Part shown: positions 47,376-56,538 of the stretch, piece by piece | Layout of the letters: each line of letters starts with the position of its first letter | Numbering within the stretch: position 1 is the first letter of the stretch | Source of the DNA: an uncultured Candidatus Saccharibacteria bacterium | GTDB lineage: Bacteria > Patescibacteriota > Minisyncoccia > Phycocordibacterales > UBA6899 | Length of the DNA stretch: 64,000 nucleotides | NCBI GenBank assembly: GCA_964469335.1 | Contig: CAYXYK010000001.1 | Span: forward strand, 14,501-78,500 | Reading direction: 5' to 3' | Made by a program: the position numbers and the translations under genes | Notes under the pieces: generated by a model | The model's input: the letters and a program-made list of their open reading frames with translations, nothing else | Told to the model about the DNA's origin: nothing | Database searches by the model: none

Positions 47376-48595
47376 CTACACGAGATATCATCGAAGAGAC
47401 CTATGTCGCTTTATCAGGAAACAAAATCCGTTCAGGGCTTACCATGCTCGGTATCATCATTGGCATCGGATCGGTCATCGCCATGATCTCAATCGGACAA
47501 GGGGCGCAAACTACTATCCAGTCGAGTATTCAGTCGATAGGATCGAACCTTGTCCTTGTTTCGCCAGGTGCCCAGCGTGGTCCCGGCGCGCAAGTCAGTT
47601 CTGGACGTGGTGCAGCGAGGACACTGAAACAGGAGGATGCGGACGCGATCTCAAAAGAGATCAGTCAAGTGAAAGCAGTTGCGCCTGAGCTTTCCGGCCG
47701 CTACCAAGTAACCGCAAAAGGAACGAATACCAACACTTCAATCGTCGGTACCACTGATGCATACCCGTCCGTTCGCAACGTTGAGATCGATCTTGGAAAT
47801 TTCATCACCGCCCAAAGTGTTGCGAGTATCTCGAAAGTTGCAGTGCTCGGACCGACCACCCGCGATGACCTATTTGGTTCTGGTACTGACCCGATCGGGC
47901 AGACCGTTCGGATCAAGAACATCGAATTCAAGATCATTGGCGTGACGAAGGCTAAAGGAGGGAGCGGATTCGGTAGTCAAGACGACATGATCTACATCCC
48001 GCTCTCTTCAGCACAGCGCTATCTCGCTGGTGAGGCGTATGTGACAACAATCAGTGTTCAAGCAGTTGATTCAGAATCGATGACTGGAGTACAGCAAGCA
48101 ATCACGGAACTTCTTCTCACACGACATCATATTAGTGATGCTACCCAGGCAGACTTCAGTACATTTAACCAAGCGGATATTGTTGCGACTGCATCGAGTA
48201 TCACTTCAACCTTCACGATTCTCCTTTCCGCAGTAGCGGGGATATCGCTCATCGTGGGAGGGATCGGCATTATGAATATGATGCTCACCTCCGTAACAGA
48301 GCGCACGAAAGAGATCGGGCTACGCAAGGCGATTGGGGCGAAGAATGTCGACATTAGCATTCAATTTCTTGTCGAGGCGGTCACGCTTACTTTTCTCGGG
48401 GGTGCCGCCGGGATACTTCTCGGAGTCGGGATATCATACGGGATAACCTATACCGGATTACTTCAAACGAGTGTTTCGCTCTCATCGATACTGCTCGCGT
48501 TCGGAGTATCAACGGTGATCGGCATCGTGTTCGGCTACTACCCTGCTCGTCATGCCGCGAGCCTGAACCCCATCGAGGCGCTGCGTTTCGAATGA
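47372..48595 (+). CDS. ABC transporter permease, FtsX/MacB-type
   Basis: N-terminal TM helix, a large periplasmic domain, then a C-terminal 3-TM FtsX-like bundle. Start overlaps the ATPase gene. Confidence 0.9.
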   Translation: MTTRDIIEETYVALSGNKIRSGLTMLGIIIGIGSVIAMISIGQGAQTTIQSSIQSIGSNLVLVSPGAQRGPGAQVSSGRGAARTLKQEDADAISKEISQVKAVAPELSGRYQVTAKGTNTNTSIVGTTDAYPSVRNVEIDLGNFITAQSVASISKVAVLGPTTRDDLFGSGTDPIGQTVRIKNIEFKIIGVTKAKGGSGFGSQDDMIYIPLSSAQRYLAGEAYVTTISVQAVDSESMTGVQQAITELLLTRHHISDATQADFSTFNQADIVATASSITSTFTILLSAVAGISLIVGGIGIMNMMLTSVTERTKEIGLRKAIGAKNVDISIQFLVEAVTLTFLGGAAGILLGVGISYGITYTGLLQTSVSLSSILLAFGVSTVIGIVFGYYPARHAASLNPIEALRFE

Positions 48596-49065
48596 TGCAT
48601 TTAACAGATAACATCAATTCTATGCAAAAAAATATTATCATTGCGGTTCTTGTGAGTGCTGCACTATTCGGAGGACTAGGATACATGACAGGGAAAAAAT
48701 CCTCGGTGAACAGTATGCCACCAGACGGGCAAGCATTTGCTCGAGGAGGAAATCTGGGAGGAGGCGCCCGTCTCGGACGTGGGGCAGGAAGCGGGATGAT
48801 CGGCGGCGAAGTGATCGCAAAAGACATGACGAGCATCACCGTCAAACTGCGCGGGACTCAGACAGACAACAGTGCGGGATCGAAGATCATCTTCCTCTCA
48901 GATGCGACTCAAGTGACAAAATCCGCACAAGGCTCAACTACTGATCTGTCCGTCGGAACACAGATCTCCGTATTCGGGACCACCAACGCTGACGGGAGTG
49001 TAAATGCACAAAGCATACAAATACGACCCGAGGGAAGCATACGCTCAACAACTACGCCTAACTGA
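48592..49065 (+). CDS. exported Gly-rich hypothetical protein co-transcribed with the efflux operon
   Basis: Signal anchor followed by a GG-rich and beta-rich region. Start overlaps the permease stop. Confidence 0.4.
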   Translation: MMHLTDNINSMQKNIIIAVLVSAALFGGLGYMTGKKSSVNSMPPDGQAFARGGNLGGGARLGRGAGSGMIGGEVIAKDMTSITVKLRGTQTDNSAGSKIIFLSDATQVTKSAQGSTTDLSVGTQISVFGTTNADGSVNAQSIQIRPEGSIRSTTTPN

Positions 49066-49101
49066 TACAAAAAACCGCCCATTGGCGGTTTTTTGTATCA
49101 G
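49062..49101. terminator. bidirectional terminator hairpin (18-bp perfect stem)
   Basis: ctgatacaaaaaaccgcc-catt-ggcggttttttgtatcag. Confidence 0.7.
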
Positions 49102-50112
49102 TTAGGAAACTTTCACGATATTCATCGGAGTGCCGTTCTTGTATGCGCCAATGTTGTCGATCGTCACATTGAGAATTCGTTCGATCGCCTCTTGAGTATT
49201 GAACGCGATGTGCGCAGTCACGATAACATGGGGGTGATTGATCAGGTAGTGATTCGCGAGCACCGTCCGGAGACTCTCTTCGTTGGGGTGTTGTGCAGCC
49301 AATAGCATGTTCTCATCTACCATTTGCCCTTCTTCCTCAAGCACATCCAGTCCTGCTCCTGCCAATATTCCTTCTTCGAGACCCTTGACGAGTGCCACCG
49401 TTTCAACAAGGCCTCCGCGTGAGGTATTGATGAAGTAACATCCTTTTTTAATCTTGCCGATGTTTCCCATATTGATCATGTGGTGCGTGTGTTCGTTGTA
49501 GGGAGCATGCAAACTGATGACATCCGACAGTGCAAGGAGTTCATCGAGTTCGACATAACGAAAACCAAGCGCTGCCGCCAGTTCTGTTTTTTGGTAGACA
49601 TCGAATGCAACGACGTTCATATCAAAGCCTCTCGCCATTCGGATCATATGCTCGCCGATATGCCCCGTGCCAATGATACCGATCGTCCTTCCGCGCAAAT
49701 CGAAGCCACGGAGTCCTTCCTGTGAGAATGACCCTGTAGTCTCGATCCGCTGATACGCATCGACAATACGGCGAGAAAGTGCCAGAAGCAGCGCCATGGC
49801 GAACTCTGCAACCGTGTGTTCTCCATAGGTGGGGACATTCGAGATAATGATCCCGCGTTTTGCTGCTTCAACAAGATCGATGTGGTCGTAGCCGGTCGAA
49901 CGAGTGACGATGAATTTGATGTTGGGGAATCGATCCATAACATCCGCATGAACCGGAGAATTCACGAATACAGACAAAACTGTGACATCCGGGTCATGGA
50001 GAGCAGCGTTTTCTTTCGTTGTTCCTTTGATGAAATTGAAGATATCGTCAGGAAAACGTTTCGCTACATAATCTTTTTCCCATTCTTCGTTATAGAAATA
50101 GGCGATGCGCAT
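49102..50112 (-). CDS. NAD-dependent D-isomer-specific 2-hydroxyacid dehydrogenase (D-lactate dehydrogenase-like)
   Basis: NAD-binding GIIGTGHIGEHMIRMARGFDMNVVAFD, plus a catalytic Arg/Glu/His arrangement typical of the 2-Hacid_dh family. Confidence 0.88.
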   Translation of the reverse strand: MRIAYFYNEEWEKDYVAKRFPDDIFNFIKGTTKENAALHDPDVTVLSVFVNSPVHADVMDRFPNIKFIVTRSTGYDHIDLVEAAKRGIIISNVPTYGEHTVAEFAMALLLALSRRIVDAYQRIETTGSFSQEGLRGFDLRGRTIGIIGTGHIGEHMIRMARGFDMNVVAFDVYQKTELAAALGFRYVELDELLALSDVISLHAPYNEHTHHMINMGNIGKIKKGCYFINTSRGGLVETVALVKGLEEGILAGAGLDVLEEEGQMVDENMLLAAQHPNEESLRTVLANHYLINHPHVIVTAHIAFNTQEAIERILNVTIDNIGAYKNGTPMNIVKVS

Positions 50113-50226
50113 AAGAGGAGTATGAACTTAATAAATACTTGTGATAAGTATAGCAGAATCTTTGGTCATTATTTGCTGGTATTGCTGATGAAAAGTCTTC
50201 TGAAATACAAGATGTCACGAGTCGAG

Positions 50227-50256
50227 TTATCCACTCTCATTCACAGTTTATCCACG
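50227..50256 (+). promoter_or_regulatory. two DnaA-box-like 9-mers (TTATCCACT and TTATCCACG), direct orientation, 21 bp apart, in an AT-rich promoter region
   Basis: 8/9 matches to the TTATNCACA consensus at 50227-50235 and 50248-50256. Confidence 0.3.
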
Positions 50257-50474
50257 CATTATTCACATATCGAGCTATAATGTATGTGCGTCGTTATTCC
50301 GCGTATTTCCATGCGCGATGAGGAAAACACGCATAGAACCATCCCGGTTGTTTGGAAGAGATCCATATTTCTTCGGAAATGTGAATTTCCCAGTTTTTGA
50401 GCCATAAATGGCTCGCTCAGAACCCCACCTCTGAGCACTCACATGTTATAAAATATTAATCACTAGTTCCCCAC

Positions 50475-51617
50475 ATGAACTACCCCCGTACGCTTCGGGC
50501 CTTTTCTGGCAACCCGAGCATAGCACTTGCGCTGATCGTTTCGATATTATTCTGGCTCATTGGACTTCCCTTCACTCTTGGCGTTGCGAATGCGGCAACA
50601 GTGACCCAATTCAGTGCGACTGCATCTTCAAGTGTTCCTTCTGTGAGCACAAATTACACGATCCGATGGACGGACGCGACACAAGTTACTGTCGGCCAGA
50701 CCATCAAGATCAGCTTCGATCCGGGTAACAGCACTTTCGATCTTGGGGCACTCGCAAACAATGAGGTGCTAACAAGTGCTGTTCCGACGAACCTTTCGAT
50801 CATCACAGCAGCGTGCGGGGCGGTGACACCCAACCAGGTGTCAATAAATGCAGGAATCTCAAACTCTGCTGGGGATAAAAGCGTGACGCTTACCGCATGT
50901 GGGACAATTGCGACAGGAACAAAGACCGTTCTGTTCACAGGCAATCACGTTCAGAATCCTTCATCTCCGGGAACATACCCTATCTCAGTGGCGGGAACTC
51001 AGACGGACAGCGGACTTACCTTGGTCGCGATCACCAATCGCGTGACGCTCACCGCATCAGTCGCTACAAGCTTCCTCTTTACGGTGGCGGGGCTCGCCTC
51101 GGGACAAACAGTGAATGGAGAGACCACCTCGACAACCACAACTGCTTCGTCGATCGCATACGGGGTGCTTGCTTCGGGAACTCCGATCATTGGCGGACAG
51201 GAGCTTACAGTTGAAACGAACGCTGTGCAAGGATTCATTGTCACAGTGAAGGAAGACCAGAACCTCACTTCGAGTGCGGGAGGACAGATCTACACCTTCA
51301 AAGACGGTGGGGCGAATTCAGTCCCGGTAGTATGGACTGCGCCGTCAGGGACACTAGGCAACGCGCTCACCTACAGTCATTTTGGGGTAACCTCAGACGA
51401 CGCGGACCTCAACGCGGGAGAATTCGTTGGATCGAAATATGCAGGAAATTTCGCAACAACGTCACGGACGATTTTTTCGAACGCAGGTGCCGCTGACGGA
51501 GTAACACAAAACGTCGGCAAAGCACGTGTTGCGTACAAAATAGAGATCACTGACCTTCAAGCCGCGGGAAGTGACTACACGAACCACCTTGTATATGTCT
51601 GTACTCCTACCTTCTAA
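50475..51617 (+). CDS. secreted Thr/Ser/Gly-rich surface protein (hypothetical, possibly surface-layer or fimbrial-like)
   Basis: N-terminal signal peptide ending VANA/ATV, then a beta-rich low-charge sequence. No enzymatic motif. Confidence 0.5.
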   Translation: MNYPRTLRAFSGNPSIALALIVSILFWLIGLPFTLGVANAATVTQFSATASSSVPSVSTNYTIRWTDATQVTVGQTIKISFDPGNSTFDLGALANNEVLTSAVPTNLSIITAACGAVTPNQVSINAGISNSAGDKSVTLTACGTIATGTKTVLFTGNHVQNPSSPGTYPISVAGTQTDSGLTLVAITNRVTLTASVATSFLFTVAGLASGQTVNGETTSTTTTASSIAYGVLASGTPIIGGQELTVETNAVQGFIVTVKEDQNLTSSAGGQIYTFKDGGANSVPVVWTAPSGTLGNALTYSHFGVTSDDADLNAGEFVGSKYAGNFATTSRTIFSNAGAADGVTQNVGKARVAYKIEITDLQAAGSDYTNHLVYVCTPTF

Positions 51618-51637
51618 ATAGTAGGAGTCAAAATGAT

Positions 51638-51667
51638 GAAAAAACCGGCATTATGCCGGTTTTTTTG
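51638..51667. terminator. bidirectional terminator hairpin
   Basis: gaaaaaaccggca-tta-tgccggtttttttg. Confidence 0.6.
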
Positions 51668-53315
51668 TATTCACATGGTCCATCGCATATTGCAACGTGC
51701 CCCGGACTTTCTTTCCCGGATTGAAAATATTCCCAGGATCGAAGATGTTCTTTGTCTCCACAAAAAGATCATACACCTCCTGACCGAACTCCTCTTCGAG
51801 ATATGGGGTACGAATGATCCCATCATTATGCTCACCGGTGATGACTCCGTGATAGGAAAATACCAGCTCGTAAACTTCTTTGCCGAGCGTTTGGATTATA
51901 TCCTTCGACTTCGGATCTGTGAGGTCCATGAGCGGGATGATATGGAAATTGCCATCGCCAACATGACCGGCGATCGTATAAATGAGTTTATACTTTCCTA
52001 GAATTGCATTGAGTTTCGGGAGGAACTCAGGGAGAAACTCAGGCCTAACGACGAAATCGTCGATGAATGGAGCAGTGCGTACACCATGAAGATTCTGACG
52101 CAATAACGCGAAGCTTTCACGGCGTATCACCCAATACTTTTCCGCTTCTTGTTCCGAGTGAAGCACACGGACCGGCACATGAAATGCATCCCGAACGTCT
52201 TTAGCCGCTTCCTCCGCGCGTTTTACCGCCGCCTCTTCTGTCTCGTCTGAGAACTCTGCAAGAAGCACCAGTTTCGGGACTCCTCCGGTCACCACGAGCC
52301 AGAACTCCGGAATGAAGCTGAGCCCAAGCGAAATGATCCCGCCACCAAGCCTCTTTGCTATCTGTGGAAAGAACCGCATCGCAAGAGTGAAGGTGTGGTC
52401 ATCATACGACTCGAAGCTTTCCGGCTTATGTGCGAGGACATGATTGACCAACTCTCCTAAAAACGACAGATCGTTGAGGAATATGGTCACCAAACGGCGG
52501 TGGGGGTTTGGCTTCACCAGTCCGAACGTAATCTCGGTATTGAGCGCAAGGGTGCCCTGAGAGCCACAAAGTAGCTTCGTGAGATCGAAAGTCCCCTTTT
52601 CTTTATCCATCACATTCCATAGTGCGTAACCCGACGAATTCTTGGAAACATTCGGTCTTGCCTTCTGAAGCAGCTCATAGTTCTTCTCGACCAGCTTGTG
52701 CATCTCTTTGTGGATCTTTCCGCTGCGAGTCTTTTCTTTTTCTTTTGTTTTAAGTTCGTCCATGGTGAGTGAACGGAATTCATCAGTACTTCCGTCATCA
52801 AGCACGACCTTGAGTTTTCTGACATATCGTTCTGTCTTTCCATACATCAGATTCTTCTCACCACCTGAATTATTAGCGGCCATTCCTCCGACCGCGCAGA
52901 TCTCTCGGGACGCGGTATACGACGGAAGGATGAGCCCACGCTTGAGGGTTTCCTTGTCGAAATCGCGATAGAACATGCCTGGCTGAACTGATGCTTCGTC
53001 CTCCCCCATCGAGATGAACTTATTGAGGTAGCGCATGCATTCAACTACGATCGATTCGGTGAGTGACCCCCCGGTCATGTCGGTACCTGCTGAACGCGCT
53101 GTGAGCGAGAGCTTCGCCCCTTTTTTGTTCTCGGTCGTCACGTACCGAACCAACGCACTGATATCTTCAGCATCCTTCGGGAAAGTGACCAGCTCCGGCT
53201 TCACCTCGAACAAACTCGTATCGTGGCTATACTGTTCGAGTATTGCCGGAGTAGCCTCTACGTCACCTTTGAAGAATTCTTTGATCTCTTGCGTTCTTGT
53301 GTTTTGAACAGCCAT
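51651..53315 (-). CDS. FAD-linked oxidase (GlcD / D-lactate dehydrogenase family)
   Basis: FAD_binding_4-type N-terminal domain (…ARSAGTDMTGGSL…) and an FAD-oxidase C-terminal domain. 554 aa. Confidence 0.85.
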   Translation of the reverse strand: MAVQNTRTQEIKEFFKGDVEATPAILEQYSHDTSLFEVKPELVTFPKDAEDISALVRYVTTENKKGAKLSLTARSAGTDMTGGSLTESIVVECMRYLNKFISMGEDEASVQPGMFYRDFDKETLKRGLILPSYTASREICAVGGMAANNSGGEKNLMYGKTERYVRKLKVVLDDGSTDEFRSLTMDELKTKEKEKTRSGKIHKEMHKLVEKNYELLQKARPNVSKNSSGYALWNVMDKEKGTFDLTKLLCGSQGTLALNTEITFGLVKPNPHRRLVTIFLNDLSFLGELVNHVLAHKPESFESYDDHTFTLAMRFFPQIAKRLGGGIISLGLSFIPEFWLVVTGGVPKLVLLAEFSDETEEAAVKRAEEAAKDVRDAFHVPVRVLHSEQEAEKYWVIRRESFALLRQNLHGVRTAPFIDDFVVRPEFLPEFLPKLNAILGKYKLIYTIAGHVGDGNFHIIPLMDLTDPKSKDIIQTLGKEVYELVFSYHGVITGEHNDGIIRTPYLEEEFGQEVYDLFVETKNIFDPGNIFNPGKKVRGTLQYAMDHVNTKKPA

Positions 53316-53405
53316 AAGAAGAGTATAACACTCTCCACCTATCTCCTCTACCTGAACGACCGTTGCCCAAACGTTGTGGATGGCAGCAACGGAAATGACT
53401 ATACT

Positions 53406-53777
53406 ATGGTGATGCCAAAAAAGAAGATGATTATTGCCCTGCTCTATATCGGGGCATTACTGTTGATCTCAGTAATGGGATGGTGCACCGTACACGTAGT
53501 GGATACTCACACACAAAATCGGATTATTTCAGCATCATCGACACTCATGAGACTTACACTCGACGAACTATCTCACTTCGATGGATCAAGTACGTCTCTT
53601 CCGATATACATAGGACTCGACGGCTTCATTTACGACGTCAGTACAGGGAAGTCTTTTTATGCCCCGGGTGCTGTGTACCACTATTTAGCTGGCAGTGATG
53701 CGTCACGGTCGCTGCGCATCATGGGAGCAGACATCATCAAACAAAAATATCCCATCGTAGGAATCATTGAAAAATAA
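53406..53777 (+). CDS. membrane-anchored cytochrome b5-like heme/steroid-binding protein, MAPR type
   Basis: LSHFDGSSTSLPIYIGLDGFIYDVSTGKSFYAPGAVYHYLAGSDASRSL matches the MAPR/PGRMC-type cytochrome b5 fold. TM anchor IIALLYIGALLLISV. The track ORF 53223..53777 begins inside the divergent FAD-oxidase gene, so the start was moved to MVMPKKK. Confidence 0.7.
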   Translation: MVMPKKKMIIALLYIGALLLISVMGWCTVHVVDTHTQNRIISASSTLMRLTLDELSHFDGSSTSLPIYIGLDGFIYDVSTGKSFYAPGAVYHYLAGSDASRSLRIMGADIIKQKYPIVGIIEK

Positions 53778-53854
53778 GCCGTACATAAAGGTCGGTTTCA
53801 GTATCCCCACCGTGATAGCGACACAGCGCATGCGCATGATACGATTTATGTACT

Positions 53855-55387
53855 ATGCCTCCATCAACACAACAGCATCGCGGTATCAATCTGTTCTATT
53901 TGATCCTTGCGATCCTTTTTGGCCTTGCGAACCTTTTTGCATATGCGGTGTGGTGGCCAACTGAAACACCGAAACCTGTCAGTGTAGTCGAAGCCCCGAC
54001 AATGATCACCGAACACCCTGAGGACCAGGTACTCGCCATTCAGACAACTGCGACCGCATCCTCATCGCTTCCGATCACTCAATCCACTTCGACGGTCTTT
54101 GAACTCATCAAGCCTGATGCAGAAGCAACGACCACTCTGACGCTCAATAAGGCGACAACTACGAAAGTAGCTGCTGCCACAGCAAAAACCACCACTTCGG
54201 TCGACCGCCTCTCTCCGACGACTCCGGGTGGACTAGTGGTACGTTCTGTCAGCTACAACCAGGTCGTTATCTCCTGGAATCCTTCAACCGACAATCGCGG
54301 TGTTGCCGGGTACGCGATATACCAAGATAGTGCGCTGATCGGAACGACGGTCAAGACCATCCAAGGATTCATCCGTCTTTCACCTTCAACGAAATACACC
54401 TTTGGTATAGCCGCCTTTGACTCTGCGGGGAATTCATCGAAGATCAACAATATCCTTGTGACCACCACTGAGAAACCCGCTCCTATTGCGGTCGTAGCGC
54501 CACTTCCACCACCTCCTCCGGCAGATCCGTCACCTGGCCCGCAATCACTTCTTCCGCCTCCACCACCCGCTGCACCAAATCTCTGCGGAAACAGTACGCA
54601 AGACAGAGGTGAAGAGTGTGACGACGGCAATACGAATGACAACGACATGTGCACCAACCAATGCAAAGCGGCGCGCTGCATGGACGGCATCGTCAATTAC
54701 ACTCTCGAGCAATGTGATGATGGAAATGAGGTCACAAACGACTACTGCGATAACCAGTGCCACAACCACGTACCGATCCTACCTGATGGAACCATTGCTC
54801 CTCCTGCCCCTGCCCCGTCTCCGAGCCCTACTCCCTCACCGACTCCAACTCCTCCTACACCTCCTCCTGTGGGAAGCTTCGCACTCACGGTCACAAAGAG
54901 CGGTTCAGGGACTATCACGTCATCACCTACGGGAATCAACTGCGGTGCGACCTGTAGTGCGAACTACACATCAGGAACCTCGGTCACACTTACCGAGTCA
55001 CCGAGCAGTGGATATATCTTCTCGGGATGGAGCGGCGCGTGCACCGGAAGCGGCACCACATGCACCGTCTCGATGACTGCGGCACGCAATGTAACGGCAA
55101 CTTTTGCGGTTTCCTCCTCTAATCCTGTCACCTACACGGTGAATGTTACCAGTGCGGGTAACTACAGCCCAACATCGCTCACACTCAATGTCGGCGACTC
55201 GATCAGATTCTCATACACCCCACCGGTCTCAGGTGAAGTCGTCACAAGATTCACTCCCTCAACCGTCTCAAGTGTGACAATTGACAGTGAATTCCAAAGC
55301 AGAACGAGGACATTCACCACAGCCGGAACCTGGACATTCAAGGCGACAGACCATAACGGTAACACTGGCACAGTCACTGTGCAGTAG
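53855..55387 (+). CDS. multi-domain surface protein: TM anchor, FN3 domain, Cys-rich (Myxococcus-type) repeats, Pro-rich linkers, InlB-B-like repeat, C-terminal beta-sandwich
   Basis: FN3 region LVVRSVSYNQVVISWNPSTDNRGVAGYAIYQD…KYTFGIAAFDSAGNSS. Cys-rich CGNSTQDRGEECDDGNTNDNDMCTNQC…CDDGNEVTNDYCDNQC. InlB-B-like LTVTKSGSGTITSSPTGINCGATCSANYTSGTSVTLTESPSSGYIFSGWSG. Confidence 0.7.
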   Translation: MPPSTQQHRGINLFYLILAILFGLANLFAYAVWWPTETPKPVSVVEAPTMITEHPEDQVLAIQTTATASSSLPITQSTSTVFELIKPDAEATTTLTLNKATTTKVAAATAKTTTSVDRLSPTTPGGLVVRSVSYNQVVISWNPSTDNRGVAGYAIYQDSALIGTTVKTIQGFIRLSPSTKYTFGIAAFDSAGNSSKINNILVTTTEKPAPIAVVAPLPPPPPADPSPGPQSLLPPPPPAAPNLCGNSTQDRGEECDDGNTNDNDMCTNQCKAARCMDGIVNYTLEQCDDGNEVTNDYCDNQCHNHVPILPDGTIAPPAPAPSPSPTPSPTPTPPTPPPVGSFALTVTKSGSGTITSSPTGINCGATCSANYTSGTSVTLTESPSSGYIFSGWSGACTGSGTTCTVSMTAARNVTATFAVSSSNPVTYTVNVTSAGNYSPTSLTLNVGDSIRFSYTPPVSGEVVTRFTPSTVSSVTIDSEFQSRTRTFTTAGTWTFKATDHNGNTGTVTVQ

Positions 55388-55474
55388 GATTTTTTCGCAG
55401 GAATATACGCAGAACCCCATATCTATCCACAGAATTGGGGAGTTTTGCTCACAAAATTGCTATAATTATGCGTA

Positions 55475-56524
55475 ATGCCACTTTTCATTGTCTTTTCGGT
55501 CGTTTTCGCGTCTCTTCTTGGAGCCGGGGAGTACATGAAGGTTTCTTATGTGGACCCTTCCACATTGCCGGAGCCAGAAGTGGTGACTCCCCCACCTGCC
55601 CCCACACCCGTGACCTCAATTCTAGGCTCTACCACCAATATCGCACTTGCGACCAACACCCCGGAACTTATGGTGCCGACACCATCGCCGCTACCCCCTC
55701 CTGCGCCACTGCCGGCCGTAAGCCCGAAAATAACCCCGGCGCCGAGCCCTGTAGTGCAAAATACCGACAAGACTCCGCCAACGTCGCCAAAAGGGTTCGA
55801 AGCGACATATGACGGAACGACGGTTCAGCTTTCGTGGTTCGCCTCGTCAGACAATATCGGACTGAAGGGGTACAAGATCTACCGTGACAAGAAACTGCTC
55901 GGCACAACGATTGAGACCTTCTATGCTGACCCGCTGGTGGCAAACCCTGCGTCACACTCCTATGCCGTGTATGCGTATGATAATGCAGGAAATCTCTCCG
56001 CGGGTCCTTCCGCAACTCCTGTTGCAGACACTCTTGCGATAAACACTCCGAGTCCTTCACCGACGCCGTCGCCAACACCTGCTCCTTCTCCTGCTCCGTC
56101 ACCAAGCCCTACCCCCACACCGAGTCCTACCCCTAGCCCAACGCCTTCGCCTGCGCCTTCACCTACGCCAACTCCCACACCAACCCCACCGCCACCTCCT
56201 CCTCCACCACCTCCTCCACCACCGCCACCTCCACCTGCAGCGGGGTGCGGAAGTGGCGGGACATGCTCCGCAGCAGATGTTGCTGCACATAACACAGCAG
56301 GCAACTGCTGGGTTTATACGACATCGAACAACAAGGTCTACAATATCACCGCCTATATTGCCGGGGGGCAGCATCCAGGTGGAAATGTCATCACTCCATA
56401 CTGTGGTACGAACTTTACTACATTCTTTACAGGCTCTATTGGGGGACAGAGACACTCAACAACTGCACGTAACATCGTCTTGAATCAGACCTCCGCCACC
56501 TACATCGGTGTGTACGCACCATAA
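55475..56524 (+). CDS. secreted FN3 / Pro-Thr-Ser stalk / cytochrome b5 (HPGG) protein
   Basis: Signal anchor, FN3 domain (GFEATYDGTTVQLSWFASSDNIGLKGYKIYRD…YAVYAYDNAGNLS), PT/PS repeats with an 18xPro run, and a C-terminal cytochrome b5 heme domain (VAAHNTAGNCWVYTTSNNKVYNITAYIAGGQHPGG…RHS) with both axial His. Confidence 0.8.
   Translation: MPLFIVFSVVFASLLGAGEYMKVSYVDPSTLPEPEVVTPPPAPTPVTSILGSTTNIALATNTPELMVPTPSPLPPPAPLPAVSPKITPAPSPVVQNTDKTPPTSPKGFEATYDGTTVQLSWFASSDNIGLKGYKIYRDKKLLGTTIETFYADPLVANPASHSYAVYAYDNAGNLSAGPSATPVADTLAINTPSPSPTPSPTPAPSPAPSPSPTPTPSPTPSPTPSPAPSPTPTPTPTPPPPPPPPPPPPPPPPPAAGCGSGGTCSAADVAAHNTAGNCWVYTTSNNKVYNITAYIAGGQHPGGNVITPYCGTNFTTFFTGSIGGQRHSTTARNIVLNQTSATYIGVYAP
56042..56246 (+). 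repeat. coding low-complexity Pro/Thr/Ser repeat including 18 consecutive Pro codons
   Basis: Translated TPSPSPTPSPTPAPSPAPSPSPTPTPSPTPSPTPSPAPSPTPTPTPTPPPPPPPPPPPPPPPPPPAAG. The CCN-rich DNA is a source of antisense ORF artefacts. Confidence 0.85.
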
Positions 56525-56538
56525 CCACACCACTGAAC

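Noticed and set aside
50113-50474. Possible tRNA or small RNA in the long intergenic regions (this one, 10977-11167 and 4526-4710).
   Set aside because: No cloverleaf-compatible T-arm (GGTTCGAnTCC-like) or acceptor/CCA context was seen by eye in any intergenic gap of at least 100 nt. No tRNA is called. This was not checked with tRNAscan-SE.
56040-56250. Short tandem CCN/ACN DNA repeats that might be mistaken for a CRISPR or other non-coding repeat array.
   Set aside because: They sit in frame inside a CDS and encode a Pro/Thr/Ser linker. There is no repeat-spacer periodicity or unique spacers, and no cas genes in the window.
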